From the IMG/VR virus record IMGVR_UViG_3300023115_000024, positions 1-57,755 of that record: a stretch of DNA of 57,755 bases. The stretch is one strand, 5' to 3'. The notes below the pieces were generated by a model, which saw only the letters and a program-made list of their open reading frames with translations, was not told where the DNA came from and ran no database searches. This document shows, piece by piece, positions 36,444 through 47,376 of the stretch (its first letter is position 1; each line of letters opens with the position of its first letter). The position numbers and the translations under genes are program-made. This DNA is from a virus (Duplodnaviria > Caudoviricetes).

Positions 36444-37024
36444 ACATTTTCTCCTATAATTAAATTGTATATTTCTTTCCAATTGTTAACTTGCACAGCA
36501 TGTCCATTATAATCTTTATTATGTTCATGATTTACAAGTATTCCTGAAAGTCCAAACTTGATGCCAGTATCAACATTAAGTGGCTTATCTTCAATCCAGT
36601 AGCAACCACTACTTTCATATACAGCTAATTCTTCGTCCTTGTCAGCACCAGTATCTAGATAAACATATTTTTCAAATACAGTGTCTCCAAATAGTTCACG
36701 CAAATTTTTCGTCCGCAAGTGTTGTGAATAATCATCATTGCTTAAACTTGTTATTGCATGAAATATATATCCATGTTCGGTATGTAGCTTCTTTACAAAA
36801 TGGATTGCATCACGTAGTGGGGGTAGTTTACGTATCCATGCACTTTCATTGAACATACGAACCAAACGTTTTGTTTCTTTTGGATCTAGTTCATACTTAA
36901 TATCCATATTGTAGCAACCTGGGTTTACAATACTGTATCCATGTCGCTTCATCCATTGATCAAAACTATATTCCCAATCTAATAACACACCGTCACAGTC
37001 TGTCAAAATTACTTTATCTTTCAT
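36440..37024 (-). CDS. HAD-family 5'-nucleotidase-like protein
   Basis: DCDGVL, ITS and WIEDK motifs. Confidence 0.8.
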   Translation of the reverse strand: MKDKVILTDCDGVLLDWEYSFDQWMKRHGYSIVNPGCYNMDIKYELDPKETKRLVRMFNESAWIRKLPPLRDAIHFVKKLHTEHGYIFHAITSLSNDDYSQHLRTKNLRELFGDTVFEKYVYLDTGADKDEELAVYESSGCYWIEDKPLNVDTGIKFGLSGILVNHEHNKDYNGHAVQVNNWKEIYNLIIGENV

Positions 37025-37059
37025 AGTGCCTCTCTTAGCCTAAATTAACATTATGACTA

Positions 37060-37088
37060 AGTGTAACACCATTAATAGTGTTTGTCAA
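37060..37088 (-). promoter_or_regulatory. sigma70-type promoter
   Basis: TTGACA-17 bp-TACACT. Confidence 0.65.
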
Positions 37089-37089
37089 C

Positions 37090-37407
37090 CTATTCGTTGT
37101 GTTCTGTGTCGTCTGATCCTGCAATTATTCTTGCTTTATATATGCCGTCGCGGCCAACTTGGTCATCTACTCTTGCTTCTAATTTGCCATTTACTTCAAC
37201 AGTGCCACTGCCTGTAATTATATAATCTTTGTGTCCGCACTCTGTTTCTACACAATCACCTACCCTAGCTACTAGTCTACCATTTATTTCTGTATCAGGA
37301 CTTCCAGTGATAATTCTGCCTTTTGTATTTGGACGTTCGCCGTGGTCTGGATGGTAACAAGTACCTTCTGTTTGATCATTTACTCGTGCGCTGGGTTTGC
37401 CGCTCAT
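37090..37407 (-). CDS. PAAR-repeat spike-tip protein
   Basis: PSARVND, VARVGD and EARVDD repeats; ITGS; C/H zinc ligands. Confidence 0.85.
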   Translation of the reverse strand: MSGKPSARVNDQTEGTCYHPDHGERPNTKGRIITGSPDTEINGRLVARVGDCVETECGHKDYIITGSGTVEVNGKLEARVDDQVGRDGIYKARIIAGSDDTEHNE

Positions 37408-40400
37408 TATAGATATCCGCCTGTGCGGTCAATACCATCGCTGCTATATGTGCGTGGAGAAATTCTAGCACCACTTGTAATATCAGGCGAAGGATCTGAT
37501 AAAATTGGTGGTTCTTGTCTAGCTATCAGTGCTTCTAACTGGGGGAATGCTACGGCACAAGTGCTTATTATTGCAGCTCTTGCATTTTCTAACAACGGTG
37601 TAGCAGCATTTGCTAGAGATTTAGCTGAATTGGCTGCGTTTTTTGCAACACCGCTGAGCATGTTGGCCGTAACTTTAACAAAATCAAATTTTGCTTCTTC
37701 AGCAGCCTTTTCAGCAACCGCTACAAGCTTTTTAACATCTGTTTCAACAGCGATAGCATTTTTCTTATCCTGAATTTTAGTCGCATCAAACCCACCTAAG
37801 CCTGCTGTTGCAGCAGCAGCCTCTTTACGCAAAACTTCAACAGAATCTGCAAAGGGTGCAATAGAGGCATAATGTTCTTTGGTTGCTCTTTCATTTGCGT
37901 CTGCACCACTAATCAAATCAGTGGTAGGATTCATAGGACCTAATACTATTGTTCTATCACCTACAACCAAAGTCTTTGATTTACTGGGTTCTGTAAAAGA
38001 AGGAATACCCGCTGGAACTAAATCTGTTGTGTCAATAGGCGGAGGTCTTACGCCTTGCACATTGTTAACGACATTAAACTGATCTTCTACATCTACTCCT
38101 GTGCCAGTTCGTTCTCTCCAAGCTTCTTCCCATTCGTTGACAGGCAGCCAGTTTGTTCCTGCAACAATGAATAATTCTCCGAATTCTACATCTTCGCTGC
38201 GTCTAAAGTTATTAATTCGCACTAACCTTTCATTAGGATATATCCCTGCCCTGAAATCAGCTGTTGCTCTTTCAGAAGTGTTATAGGTTAAAACACCGTC
38301 AAGAGCTACAAATGGTTGTGGGCCTTCACCGGGATCACCTGCATTGAGCAATGCAATTTCTGCTGCTAATTCTTCTGCGGTTTTTTCTTGACCTATAGTA
38401 ACAGTTGTGTCTCCGTTTATTCGTCCGGTAAAGGCTGTATTATCTCCGTCAGAATTTCTTTCAAAAAATATCCTATAAGCATCTTGACCTGCAAATTTTA
38501 CATATTGTATAGAATTGGGTTTTAGATAATCTAAGTGATAGTCGCTTGCAACTTGTATACCTGTAGACTTTGAAATTAATATATCGGTTTCATCATAAAT
38601 AGTGTTCATTTCTACAGTTTTTTGCCACGCTCCGTTGTTTTTTGCATCTTGCCATGGAATGTATTCAACTCCTTCAATATCTGATGCATCAAAATAGCCA
38701 AAATACCAGTTGAATGGATCATAAATTGTAGAAGGACCAAAAGAACTGTTTGCTTCAATTGTTTCGCTGGCAGGATATCCTTGATCTTGAGCATGATTAA
38801 TAATAAGTCTATAATATACTTCTCCGGTTTCGTCCCATGTAAACTTATCGTTTTGATTAATGATCCCTCCGTTATTACCAGGATCATATATGTCGCCGCC
38901 TATCACTCTAAACTTATATTCTATAGGAGTACTAGTGCCCGTTTGATATGTGGGTAGGAAGCGACTTGTACCTGTAAATCTATCGTCATTTACATCTAAA
39001 TATTTTAAATAAAACTCTGCCGCGGCTTCGTACCAACCTGCAGGAAGACCAAAATATGTTACTAGTTCTTGTTCTGTAACACGTACAATAGTAAAAACAT
39101 TATTTCCGTCTATACTAATAGGACAACCAGCAGGTTGTTCTACTGCTTCTAATTGCCCAATCTCCGCATCAAATCTAATGTTATTGAAAGAGCCTGTGTT
39201 GTTTGCACCCTTTATAATTCTTTCATTTTTAAATCTATTTACTGCGCCGCGCCCTTCGTCCCATTCACTTAGAGTAAATATTCCTATCACACCTCCTAGT
39301 GCAAGTTCGTTTTGTGCGCTAAATTCAAATTCATTTTCGACGGTTGTTTCTGCGGCAGCATTATCGCCTTCATCTATAATTCTTTGCGCCCAATAATTCA
39401 GACCTCCTTTCTCGGCAGGTCTGTTGAGAGTTGATGTATACCATCCGTTAATAAGTGTTGCCCTTGCAGTTTTTGTAGTTTTTACTAGTTTTAAACCTTC
39501 GGACACTGTTCCATCTGCATATTGAATTACCATTCCATCCTGATATACTGCAAGTGCATCTTCTACATCTGCTGGATCTCCTGAAGTTGTGGCTGGTTCT
39601 ACTGTAATGCGATTTCTTTCCACATACTCATTGAAAGTTTCATAGTCGGGATTTCTACGGTCAGATGATTCAAGTACAATTGATCTCTTCATATTAGAGT
39701 TTAGATCTGCTGCCACACTAGGCCAACGTGATAGATCACTAAAATCATTATCATAACCTAAAAGCAATGGATCAATAGTAACAAGTTCGTCGGTAGTAGG
39801 TGCTCTTCCTCGTTCTTCTAATGTAAGTGCAAGAAAACCGTCTACAAGAGCCCAGTTCATGAAGTATGATCTTGAAACAATCGGAAAAAACGGATAGTTC
39901 TGGTTCTGGGGTACTAAATAATCGCCTTCTATATATTCAGAATATGGCGCTCTACCACTACTGACAGGATCATACCAAATTTTATCAGTCAAAGAATACC
40001 CTTGGCTCCATTCGATAATTCCTTCAACGTCACCAGGTGACTGTCGCACATACGGAATACCTTGTGTACCCAATCTTGGAGGACCGCCTGGAGTATCACT
40101 GTACCAAAATACCAAATTTAATTTATTTTGAGCAAGGCCAGATGGACTTTTGTCTGCTGGTGACGATCCAAAATATTGTATTCTCTCTCTGCCAACAATA
40201 TATTCATTATCAAATTTCAACTCGTAGGAAAAAATCTCTCCGTCACAGGGAATAGGTATTTTAAACCTGTTGTACACATCTCTCGGCTCGCCAAATTGGA
40301 AGCCGTGTGTTTTCAGCTCATTTACAGCCTTGTTGTATGTTTGGGGTATAAGCCGTGTGTTACTAGGAACTGATTGTCCGTCCCATTCAACTCCTAAGAA

Positions 40401-41249
40401 CTTTTCTGTATCTTTTGCACCTCTGAAACTTATGTTACCTTCAAATACAAAAACAGGCGGCTCATCTACAGGTGCCATTATATTAGAATTTTCTGCAATA
40501 TCGCCTATAGCTTGAGTAACTGCTTTTCCAGCCGTTTTTGAAATATTTTTTGCAATGTCGGCTGCTGTATCTAGCATTGTGTTTTTACCACTAGCAATGT
40601 TAGAATTTGATGTTTCTATGGCAGTCCTTGCCTGTGAAAAGGCAGCTCTCACAGGTGCCATAATAGTATTAAATGTGTTAATAATGTTATCTACTACAGC
40701 TTGATGATAAGCTCTTTGTTCTTCCCAATCTGTAGCGTAAGGACCGGTTAGTATATCTAATTCTTCATTATAGTCATCTATTAGATTGTTGGCTGCATCA
40801 ATAATGCTTTGTTGCGCTGCTACATCATCATCGTAAGTTTCTGATTCTGTATCTAAACCATCTATTACAGATTGGGCATCGCTTGCTATTTGATTTTGCT
40901 CACTAATTGCATTAGAATACCAGCCATTTGAGCTTGCAATTTGGTTCTGTTCTTCTTCTGCTCTTGATACTTTTTCTTCGTAAGGTCTTAATTTAGCATT
41001 AACCCTACTAACAATATTGTTAAGTTCAGCAACAATAGGATTGATAACTTGTGTGAGATCACCTAACGCTTTAAACGTTTCACTAGCCGCATCAATAGCA
41101 TCTAATTGTGCAAGATAAGAAGGCCCGTCAGTCTGTGCGCCAGTGCTTTTACCTGTATTAGAAATATCACCCGTATCGAGATTCATAGTATCGCATGAAT
41201 CGATAGCGAGCTGTTGAGTTTCTAATATTGCTGGTATGCTAACTGGCAT
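37407..41249 (-). CDS. large putative virion protein (1280 aa) with helical N-terminus and DUF4214-like segment
   Basis: Coupled to the PAAR gene; WYTSTLNRPAEKGGLNYW motif. Confidence 0.55.
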   Translation of the reverse strand: MPVSIPAILETQQLAIDSCDTMNLDTGDISNTGKSTGAQTDGPSYLAQLDAIDAASETFKALGDLTQVINPIVAELNNIVSRVNAKLRPYEEKVSRAEEEQNQIASSNGWYSNAISEQNQIASDAQSVIDGLDTESETYDDDVAAQQSIIDAANNLIDDYNEELDILTGPYATDWEEQRAYHQAVVDNIINTFNTIMAPVRAAFSQARTAIETSNSNIASGKNTMLDTAADIAKNISKTAGKAVTQAIGDIAENSNIMAPVDEPPVFVFEGNISFRGAKDTEKFLGVEWDGQSVPSNTRLIPQTYNKAVNELKTHGFQFGEPRDVYNRFKIPIPCDGEIFSYELKFDNEYIVGRERIQYFGSSPADKSPSGLAQNKLNLVFWYSDTPGGPPRLGTQGIPYVRQSPGDVEGIIEWSQGYSLTDKIWYDPVSSGRAPYSEYIEGDYLVPQNQNYPFFPIVSRSYFMNWALVDGFLALTLEERGRAPTTDELVTIDPLLLGYDNDFSDLSRWPSVAADLNSNMKRSIVLESSDRRNPDYETFNEYVERNRITVEPATTSGDPADVEDALAVYQDGMVIQYADGTVSEGLKLVKTTKTARATLINGWYTSTLNRPAEKGGLNYWAQRIIDEGDNAAAETTVENEFEFSAQNELALGGVIGIFTLSEWDEGRGAVNRFKNERIIKGANNTGSFNNIRFDAEIGQLEAVEQPAGCPISIDGNNVFTIVRVTEQELVTYFGLPAGWYEAAAEFYLKYLDVNDDRFTGTSRFLPTYQTGTSTPIEYKFRVIGGDIYDPGNNGGIINQNDKFTWDETGEVYYRLIINHAQDQGYPASETIEANSSFGPSTIYDPFNWYFGYFDASDIEGVEYIPWQDAKNNGAWQKTVEMNTIYDETDILISKSTGIQVASDYHLDYLKPNSIQYVKFAGQDAYRIFFERNSDGDNTAFTGRINGDTTVTIGQEKTAEELAAEIALLNAGDPGEGPQPFVALDGVLTYNTSERATADFRAGIYPNERLVRINNFRRSEDVEFGELFIVAGTNWLPVNEWEEAWRERTGTGVDVEDQFNVVNNVQGVRPPPIDTTDLVPAGIPSFTEPSKSKTLVVGDRTIVLGPMNPTTDLISGADANERATKEHYASIAPFADSVEVLRKEAAAATAGLGGFDATKIQDKKNAIAVETDVKKLVAVAEKAAEEAKFDFVKVTANMLSGVAKNAANSAKSLANAATPLLENARAAIISTCAVAFPQLEALIARQEPPILSDPSPDITSGARISPRTYSSDGIDRTGGYL

Positions 41250-41258
41250 TTCATTCCT

Positions 41259-41546
41259 TTACAATTGTATCCCTGTTGTGCTGCTCACGTACTGTTTTGC
41301 CATTTCGGCATCAGTTTTATGAACAACCAACACTGCACTTTTATTTATTTTCACTCGTGCATCAGGATTTATCGTAAAGGAAAATGGGCCTAGGCCAATG
41401 CCTTGTTGTGTGGCCATAATGGCCATAGGTTTTTCAACAGTAATTGATTTGTCATCTTCTTCAACAAAGCGAGAAACAACTTCTTCTCCACCTGTGGTTT
41501 TGATAGTAACTGTGTCTGTTGCTTTGTATGGTGTTTCAATTATCAT
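41259..41546 (-). CDS. Sm-like hypothetical phage protein
   Basis: TIKTTGGEEVV...EKP...YVSSTTGI pattern. Confidence 0.6.
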   Translation of the reverse strand: MIIETPYKATDTVTIKTTGGEEVVSRFVEEDDKSITVEKPMAIMATQQGIGLGPFSFTINPDARVKINKSAVLVVHKTDAEMAKQYVSSTTGIQL

Positions 41547-41794
41547 AAAGAGTGTCCTGTTCCTGTATAACCTGTATCTTCAATGTATTTGGTAAACTGT
41601 TCGTAGCCGCCAATCTTTTGTCCGTTAACAACAATCTGCGGGAATGTACGTGCTTCTGGAAATTCTGTGAGAACTGCATCTCTATCAAAATCTTTGCCTA
41701 GTTCTAGATATTCAAATTGATAGCCACGCTGTTCGCATAGTGCTTTTGCTTTTGTGCATGACGGACATGCTGGTTTACCCCATATGTGTATCAT
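41543..41794 (-). CDS. nrdC: glutaredoxin
   Basis: CPSC, TFPQI, IGGY; downstream of nrdB. Confidence 0.88.
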   Translation of the reverse strand: MIHIWGKPACPSCTKAKALCEQRGYQFEYLELGKDFDRDAVLTEFPEARTFPQIVVNGQKIGGYEQFTKYIEDTGYTGTGHSL

Positions 41795-42894
41795 AATGAA
41801 AATCCTTTCAATGAATCTTTGTCAACATCTTGTTTGATACCGCCGATGATGTAGGATTCAACTTCTGTTTCTTGTGGTGCAACTTGCAATCCTGAACTTG
41901 ACAACCAGTGTGTAGTCCACGGTAGTGGATTTGTATTTACTGGCTGATCAAATATTGCTTGCATACCTAGTGCCTTTAGGCGACGGTTTGCAATGTATTC
42001 TACATACTGATGTAGTAATGTAGAGTTAAGACCAATCATAGAACCATCTTTAAACAAATATTCTGCCCAGTCCTTTTCTTCAGCAACACATTCACGCCAT
42101 AGATCATAAACTTCATCTTCACACTCTTTTGCAATAGCTGCCATTTCTGGATCGTCTTTGCCTTGTGCCCACAACTTCAATACGTGCGTACTCAGTGCCA
42201 AGTGCTGTGCTTCGTCACGAGCAATTAGTGAAATAATTTTTGCAGAGCCTTCCATTAGTTTTAGTTCGCCAAAACCAAATGTACATGCAAAACTTACATA
42301 GAAACGTAGTCCTTCTAGAATATTTACAGTCTGCATAGCTAGATACAGTTTCTTTTTGACATCACGCATATTGCCTTCACCACGATGCATAAACGCATCA
42401 GCCGCTTCGTTGAACTCGTCGTAATATTTGGTTACACTTTGCGCTCGTGCTAGAATTTTTTCGTCATCTAAGATTGTATCAAATACTTCACTTGGGTCTG
42501 CATATACATTTTTCATAATGTGTGTATAAGAGCGTGAGTGGATAGTTTCAAAGAAGTCCCAAGTAACAATACAGCCTTCTAGCTCAGGTAAACTTACGTG
42601 TGGCAAAAAGGCTAGGCATGGGCCACGCCCTTGTACACTGTCTAGTAGTGTTTGATACTTTAGGTTTGCTGTAAAGATGTGCTTCTGCTCTGGTCTAAAA
42701 TTTTGATAATCTGCGCGATCTTTTTGTAAACTAACCTCTTCTGGGCGCCAAAAATAACCCAGCATAGTCTGGTTAAGTTTGTCAAACACAGGGAACTTAA
42801 ATGTGTCATATCTCTGTGTGTTTTGGTCTGCTCCAAAGAACATTGGCTGTTTTGTGAAGTCGACTTTTTCTTTGTTAAAAACTGTCTTTGACAT
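41791..42894 (-). CDS. nrdB: ribonucleotide reductase class Ia beta subunit
   Basis: FWRPEEV, ETIHSRSY, EGLRFYVSFAC, DEAQH, VAPQETE. Confidence 0.97.
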   Translation of the reverse strand: MSKTVFNKEKVDFTKQPMFFGADQNTQRYDTFKFPVFDKLNQTMLGYFWRPEEVSLQKDRADYQNFRPEQKHIFTANLKYQTLLDSVQGRGPCLAFLPHVSLPELEGCIVTWDFFETIHSRSYTHIMKNVYADPSEVFDTILDDEKILARAQSVTKYYDEFNEAADAFMHRGEGNMRDVKKKLYLAMQTVNILEGLRFYVSFACTFGFGELKLMEGSAKIISLIARDEAQHLALSTHVLKLWAQGKDDPEMAAIAKECEDEVYDLWRECVAEEKDWAEYLFKDGSMIGLNSTLLHQYVEYIANRRLKALGMQAIFDQPVNTNPLPWTTHWLSSSGLQVAPQETEVESYIIGGIKQDVDKDSLKGFSL

Positions 42895-42953
42895 TCTATA
42901 TCCTATAATTTGTTTATTAATCTATTGTAAACTCATTGTCGAAACTTGTCAAG

Positions 42954-45260
42954 TTAAATCGCACAAGCTTCACATGCTTCTTCTTCATCTAAACTATCAA
43001 CAGCAGGCAGAAGAGTCTCTTGTGTTTTTTCTTCTTCTATCTCACTTGGATCAGTCTTATAATCATAGGTATTCTGATAATAAGAAGTCTTCCAACCATA
43101 CTTGTACGTATTTAACAAGTCTTGAATCATTACACTCATAGGCACTTCATTATTTTCATAATTAGTTGGATTATAGCTCCAGTTACCTGATATAGCTTGG
43201 TCAAAGAATTTCTGCATTACTGCAACTACATTGATATAACCTTCGTTTGATGGCATATCCCACAATAACGTATAATAGTTTTTCAAACTTTGATACTGTG
43301 GAACAATCTGCTTAAGAGGCCCTTTCTTCGACTTCTTAACGGACAGGTAGCCGCGGGGTGGTTCAATTCCGTTGGTAGCGTTTGACACAACAGAACTGCT
43401 CTCCGATGGCATCTGTGCGGACAAAGTCGAATGTCTGAGCCCGTGTTCTCTAATAGCATTGCGTAAACCACCCCAATCATAACTTAATTTGTTTTCTACA
43501 ATCGTGTCTACATCCTTTTTATATGTGTCAATAGGAAGGATGCCTTCAGCGTATTTAGTGCGCTCAAAATACTCACAAGCACCTCTTTCCTGCGCTAATT
43601 TGTTGCTGGCCTTTAATAGATAGTACTGGAATGCTTCTGTAAGATCATGCACCAATTTCCATGCTTGACTATCTGCATAGTTTACTCTATGTTTTGCTAG
43701 ATAATGTGCGAGTCCGATATAGCCTATGCCCAACGAACGTCTTGCTTTAGTAGATTTTTCTGCTGCCGCAATAGGGTAACGCTGATAATCAATAATTTCT
43801 TCTAATGCTCTTACAGCAAGATCGCACAACTCTTCTAAATCATCTAAATGCTTAATTACACCTACATTAATAGCAGACAAAATACACAGTGCTATTTCGC
43901 CATCTGGATCATCTATGTGTTGCAAGGGCTTTGTAGGAAGTGTAATCTCTTGACACAAATTACTCATATAAACTGTATCTTTAAATGAACTGTGTGTATT
44001 ACAATGATCTACATTCATAATATAGATACGTCCTGTCTCTGCCCGTTCTTTGATTAGATCTGAAAACAATTCCATAGCATCAATTTTCTTTTTCTTGATA
44101 CTGGTTTTGCGTTCATACATTTCATACATCTCTTTAAACTTGTCAGCATCACCAAAATATGCTTCGTACAAACCTGGAACATCGTGCGGCGAGAAAAGAG
44201 TAATTTCTCCTCCAGATAACAAACGTTCATACATTGTTTTATTAAGTTGAATTGAATAGTCTAGCTTACGCACACGATTGTCTTCTGTACCTTTGTTGTT
44301 CTTTAGCACAAGAATGTCTTCAATCTCTTGATGCCAAAACGGAAAATGCACAGTAGCTGAACCACCACGTACACCATTTTGTGTGCAACAACGAACAGTT
44401 GATTCAAACTTCTTTAGGAAAGGAATGATACCTGTATGTGCTACTTCACCGCCACGTATCTTTGAGTTTACACCCCGTATTCTTCCAGAATTGATACCAA
44501 TCCCTGCACGTTGCGCTGTGTAACGGCCAATAGCCATGTCACTAGCAAAAATGGAGTCAAGAGTATCATCACTGTCAACCAGGACACAACTAGCAAACTG
44601 ACGAACAGGGGTACGGACACCAGCCATAACGGGTGTAGGTATGTTGATTCTAAAAAGTGAGGTCGCATCGTAGTATCTCCTTACATAGTGCATTCTGTCT
44701 TCTTTAGGATAATTTGCAAATAGTGTTGCTGCAATCATCATGTACATAAACTGCGGAGTCTCAAAAATTTCTCCTGATGATCTATCCTGACAAAGATACT
44801 TATCTACAACTTGGCGCAAGCCTGCATATGTAAAGTTTTCGTCACGCTTGTGATGTATATAGCTATCTAAACGGTCAATTTCTTCAGCAGAATATTTTTC
44901 TAATATTTCTTTGTCATATACGCCACGTTCAATATTTTTTTCGATCATTTGATACAAGGAAATGGGTTCATATTCACCAAAAACCTGTTTGTTTGTTCCA
45001 TAAGATAATAATCTCGCGGCAGCATATTGATAGTTAGGAGCATCTAAAGAGATAAGATCATTTGCACTGCGTACAAGCACTTCTTGTATTTCTGCTGTGC
45101 TCATGCCATCATAAAATTGTAAATTTGCATTCATTTCAATTTGACTTGCACTAACACCTGCTAAACCTTCACAGGCATGCATTACTACCTTGTGGATTTT
45201 ATCAATGTTAATGTGTTCCTTGCCGCCGTCACGCTTGACGATCATAATCCCGTTAGACAT
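42954..45260 (-). CDS. nrdA: ribonucleotide reductase class Ia alpha subunit
   Basis: ATP cone, PTPVMAG, SNLCQEI, C-terminal CEAC; uninterrupted. Confidence 0.97.
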   Translation of the reverse strand: MSNGIMIVKRDGGKEHINIDKIHKVVMHACEGLAGVSASQIEMNANLQFYDGMSTAEIQEVLVRSANDLISLDAPNYQYAAARLLSYGTNKQVFGEYEPISLYQMIEKNIERGVYDKEILEKYSAEEIDRLDSYIHHKRDENFTYAGLRQVVDKYLCQDRSSGEIFETPQFMYMMIAATLFANYPKEDRMHYVRRYYDATSLFRINIPTPVMAGVRTPVRQFASCVLVDSDDTLDSIFASDMAIGRYTAQRAGIGINSGRIRGVNSKIRGGEVAHTGIIPFLKKFESTVRCCTQNGVRGGSATVHFPFWHQEIEDILVLKNNKGTEDNRVRKLDYSIQLNKTMYERLLSGGEITLFSPHDVPGLYEAYFGDADKFKEMYEMYERKTSIKKKKIDAMELFSDLIKERAETGRIYIMNVDHCNTHSSFKDTVYMSNLCQEITLPTKPLQHIDDPDGEIALCILSAINVGVIKHLDDLEELCDLAVRALEEIIDYQRYPIAAAEKSTKARRSLGIGYIGLAHYLAKHRVNYADSQAWKLVHDLTEAFQYYLLKASNKLAQERGACEYFERTKYAEGILPIDTYKKDVDTIVENKLSYDWGGLRNAIREHGLRHSTLSAQMPSESSSVVSNATNGIEPPRGYLSVKKSKKGPLKQIVPQYQSLKNYYTLLWDMPSNEGYINVVAVMQKFFDQAISGNWSYNPTNYENNEVPMSVMIQDLLNTYKYGWKTSYYQNTYDYKTDPSEIEEEKTQETLLPAVDSLDEEEACEACAI

Positions 45261-45285
45261 TTTTTCTCCTTATTCAATGAAATAT

Positions 45286-45711
45286 TTATTGTAGTCTTGG
45301 TAGGGTATGCTCACATTGCGAATGCAGATTTGATGGTAATTCATCAATATGAACATGTGTGTCTCCCTTGTATCCAACCACACGGTTGTTGATGTATAAT
45401 AGATAATATGTTGCAGAATTCTCTCGATCCTGTACAATATGTATCATGTACGATGCTTGGGATAAAACGTCTGTTAATTGTAAGGTGTAACAAATCGCTA
45501 ATATCTTTACGAAGGGACAATAATTATTTTCCTCTAAAAGTTCCCAAGGGTCAGGCCATGTGCTAGGTGTAAAAGGATCCGCTGCAATTTTGCATAAAGG
45601 AGCAGAATTATAAAAGTCAATAGTCTGTTGTATAGGGTCTTGTGATGTTTCGAGTTTGGTTCGAAATTCTCTCCAAGAGACTAATCGGTCTTCGTATGTT
45701 TGGTTGAACAT
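45286..45711 (-). CDS. hypothetical phage protein
   Basis: RL..WR.FR and WPDPWELL motifs. Confidence 0.65.
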   Translation of the reverse strand: MFNQTYEDRLVSWREFRTKLETSQDPIQQTIDFYNSAPLCKIAADPFTPSTWPDPWELLEENNYCPFVKILAICYTLQLTDVLSQASYMIHIVQDRENSATYYLLYINNRVVGYKGDTHVHIDELPSNLHSQCEHTLPRLQ

Positions 45712-47324
45712 TAGGATTTTATCTTAACTCTGTATTCCAATTGTGCGTTATCGTTTTGAGTTAAGTTTAACACATTTAGGTCCAATGTGTCAAGTAAAGA
45801 ATCTGAATTATTATCAACTAATGCTACAGAAAATTCTAATTTCTCTGTATCTAATGCAGATCCTCCAATAAAGTCAAAGTCGTCTGTAATTTGTGATAAA
45901 TTGTATGCTGGATTAATTGTAATGTGCAATGTTCCTGTTCGTGTTGCTACGATAGTTTCACTTTTATATACGTATTCAACTTCGATAGTTTTTTCTCTGT
46001 CTGCTGCAAAGCCTAATAACTTAGTAGGCACAGGCACTTCATTAATAGGAATAGTCTTTGTAAACTCTATTTCAGTTATACTGTTTCCTTCAACTTCAGG
46101 AATATAAACTGCGGTGCTATACCTACTGTCAAAGCCTAGTTCTTCTGTACGTGCAAACCAATCGCCTATTGATTGATTGTTTGCTGTATCAAACTTGATC
46201 ACAGGCCAGGCTGCATTTTCTGGGCTGCCGCCATTATTGCCTACACTAAAGAATTTATTAGACTCGCTAGTGTTAGAAGTTCCTGTTATCACACTAATTG
46301 CCATGCGTTTTATTTGGTCAAATGTACAATTGTTAATCTTGGTATGTCTAGGGCCATAACTTTGCCCAGGCGATCCTAATATAGTGTAGGCTCCTAGCTT
46401 TACCCCTTCAAATAATTCATAAAATTTACAGTGTTCAAATGTGTTGTTGATAACATCATCATCTGCAACTAATCCAAGATTTTTGCCTTTAACGGAAATA
46501 TTTCTAAAAATGTTATTTGAAGATGTAACAGCTTGACTGAGAGCTTTAATTTCAATGGCAATATCACTTGCACTAAAATTACTGTTAATTAATTCAAATG
46601 ATCCTAAAAACTTAATATTTTCAAAAACACTATCTGCACAGCAATCTACGATTAACGATTTTTGATTGTTGCTTTGGATAGTCATTCCAGATACTAAGAT
46701 GTTTCTTGGCTGATTGAGACTTGTTGTAGTAGATCTACTTGCTGGAACGCCAGGAGTGCCTTCTAAATTCTGAGTAACAAACATCTCGTTTGAGAAATCT
46801 GATGATGCTCTAAATATAGTTTTATCTTCGCCTGCACCTACAATAGTTGCGTAAGGCGGAATGTGTATTGTTTGTGAAATTTCGTAAACACCTGGATCTA
46901 TAAATAATTTTACTCTTGATACTTCATTATTTTTTGTAGAGGGCCCTAAGAATAATTCATCTAGTGCTCTTTGAATAGCAGCAGTTTGATCTGTGCCATC
47001 TCCTGTTGCGCCAAAAGAACGTATACTTACAATATCATCTAATCTTTCTTGTAGTGTTCTTTCTATAGGTGAATTTGCAGTGTCGCCTGTTTGTATTGTA
47101 CTGTTAACTTTATATGTATATGTGTTAGCGAGTTGAAAAAGATCATCGTGCTCTGTAAGAAGTTTTGTATTTCCTACGTAAGGTGCACCTTCTGATACTG
47201 CACCATTGCCTATATAAAGTTCTTGTGAATCAACTGCCCACCCGAACTCGCCAGATGCTAGTTGGGGTAAATCTGTTCTTCTTCCTCTACGGATCTGTAT
47301 TCGTGATATTGATACGACAGCCAC
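45711..47324 (-). CDS. virion protein with pectate-lyase-like beta-helix (tail spike-like)
   Basis: RIQIRRG...LASGEFGWA N-terminus; SFGATGDGTDQTAAIQRA; beta-helix repeats. Confidence 0.75.
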   Translation of the reverse strand: MAVVSISRIQIRRGRRTDLPQLASGEFGWAVDSQELYIGNGAVSEGAPYVGNTKLLTEHDDLFQLANTYTYKVNSTIQTGDTANSPIERTLQERLDDIVSIRSFGATGDGTDQTAAIQRALDELFLGPSTKNNEVSRVKLFIDPGVYEISQTIHIPPYATIVGAGEDKTIFRASSDFSNEMFVTQNLEGTPGVPASRSTTTSLNQPRNILVSGMTIQSNNQKSLIVDCCADSVFENIKFLGSFELINSNFSASDIAIEIKALSQAVTSSNNIFRNISVKGKNLGLVADDDVINNTFEHCKFYELFEGVKLGAYTILGSPGQSYGPRHTKINNCTFDQIKRMAISVITGTSNTSESNKFFSVGNNGGSPENAAWPVIKFDTANNQSIGDWFARTEELGFDSRYSTAVYIPEVEGNSITEIEFTKTIPINEVPVPTKLLGFAADREKTIEVEYVYKSETIVATRTGTLHITINPAYNLSQITDDFDFIGGSALDTEKLEFSVALVDNNSDSLLDTLDLNVLNLTQNDNAQLEYRVKIKS

Positions 47325-47376
47325 TTGTGTCTCCTACATATTAATTATATGTATTTATTCAATTATTCAAGTTGTC

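Noticed and set aside
37090-41249. PAAR gene as part of a T6SS or toxin locus
   Set aside because: PAAR (gp5.4-like) proteins are normal in contractile-tailed phages, and there are no T6SS genes or immunity pair.
41791-45260. Introns or inteins in nrdA/nrdB
   Set aside because: Both ORFs are continuous and of normal length.
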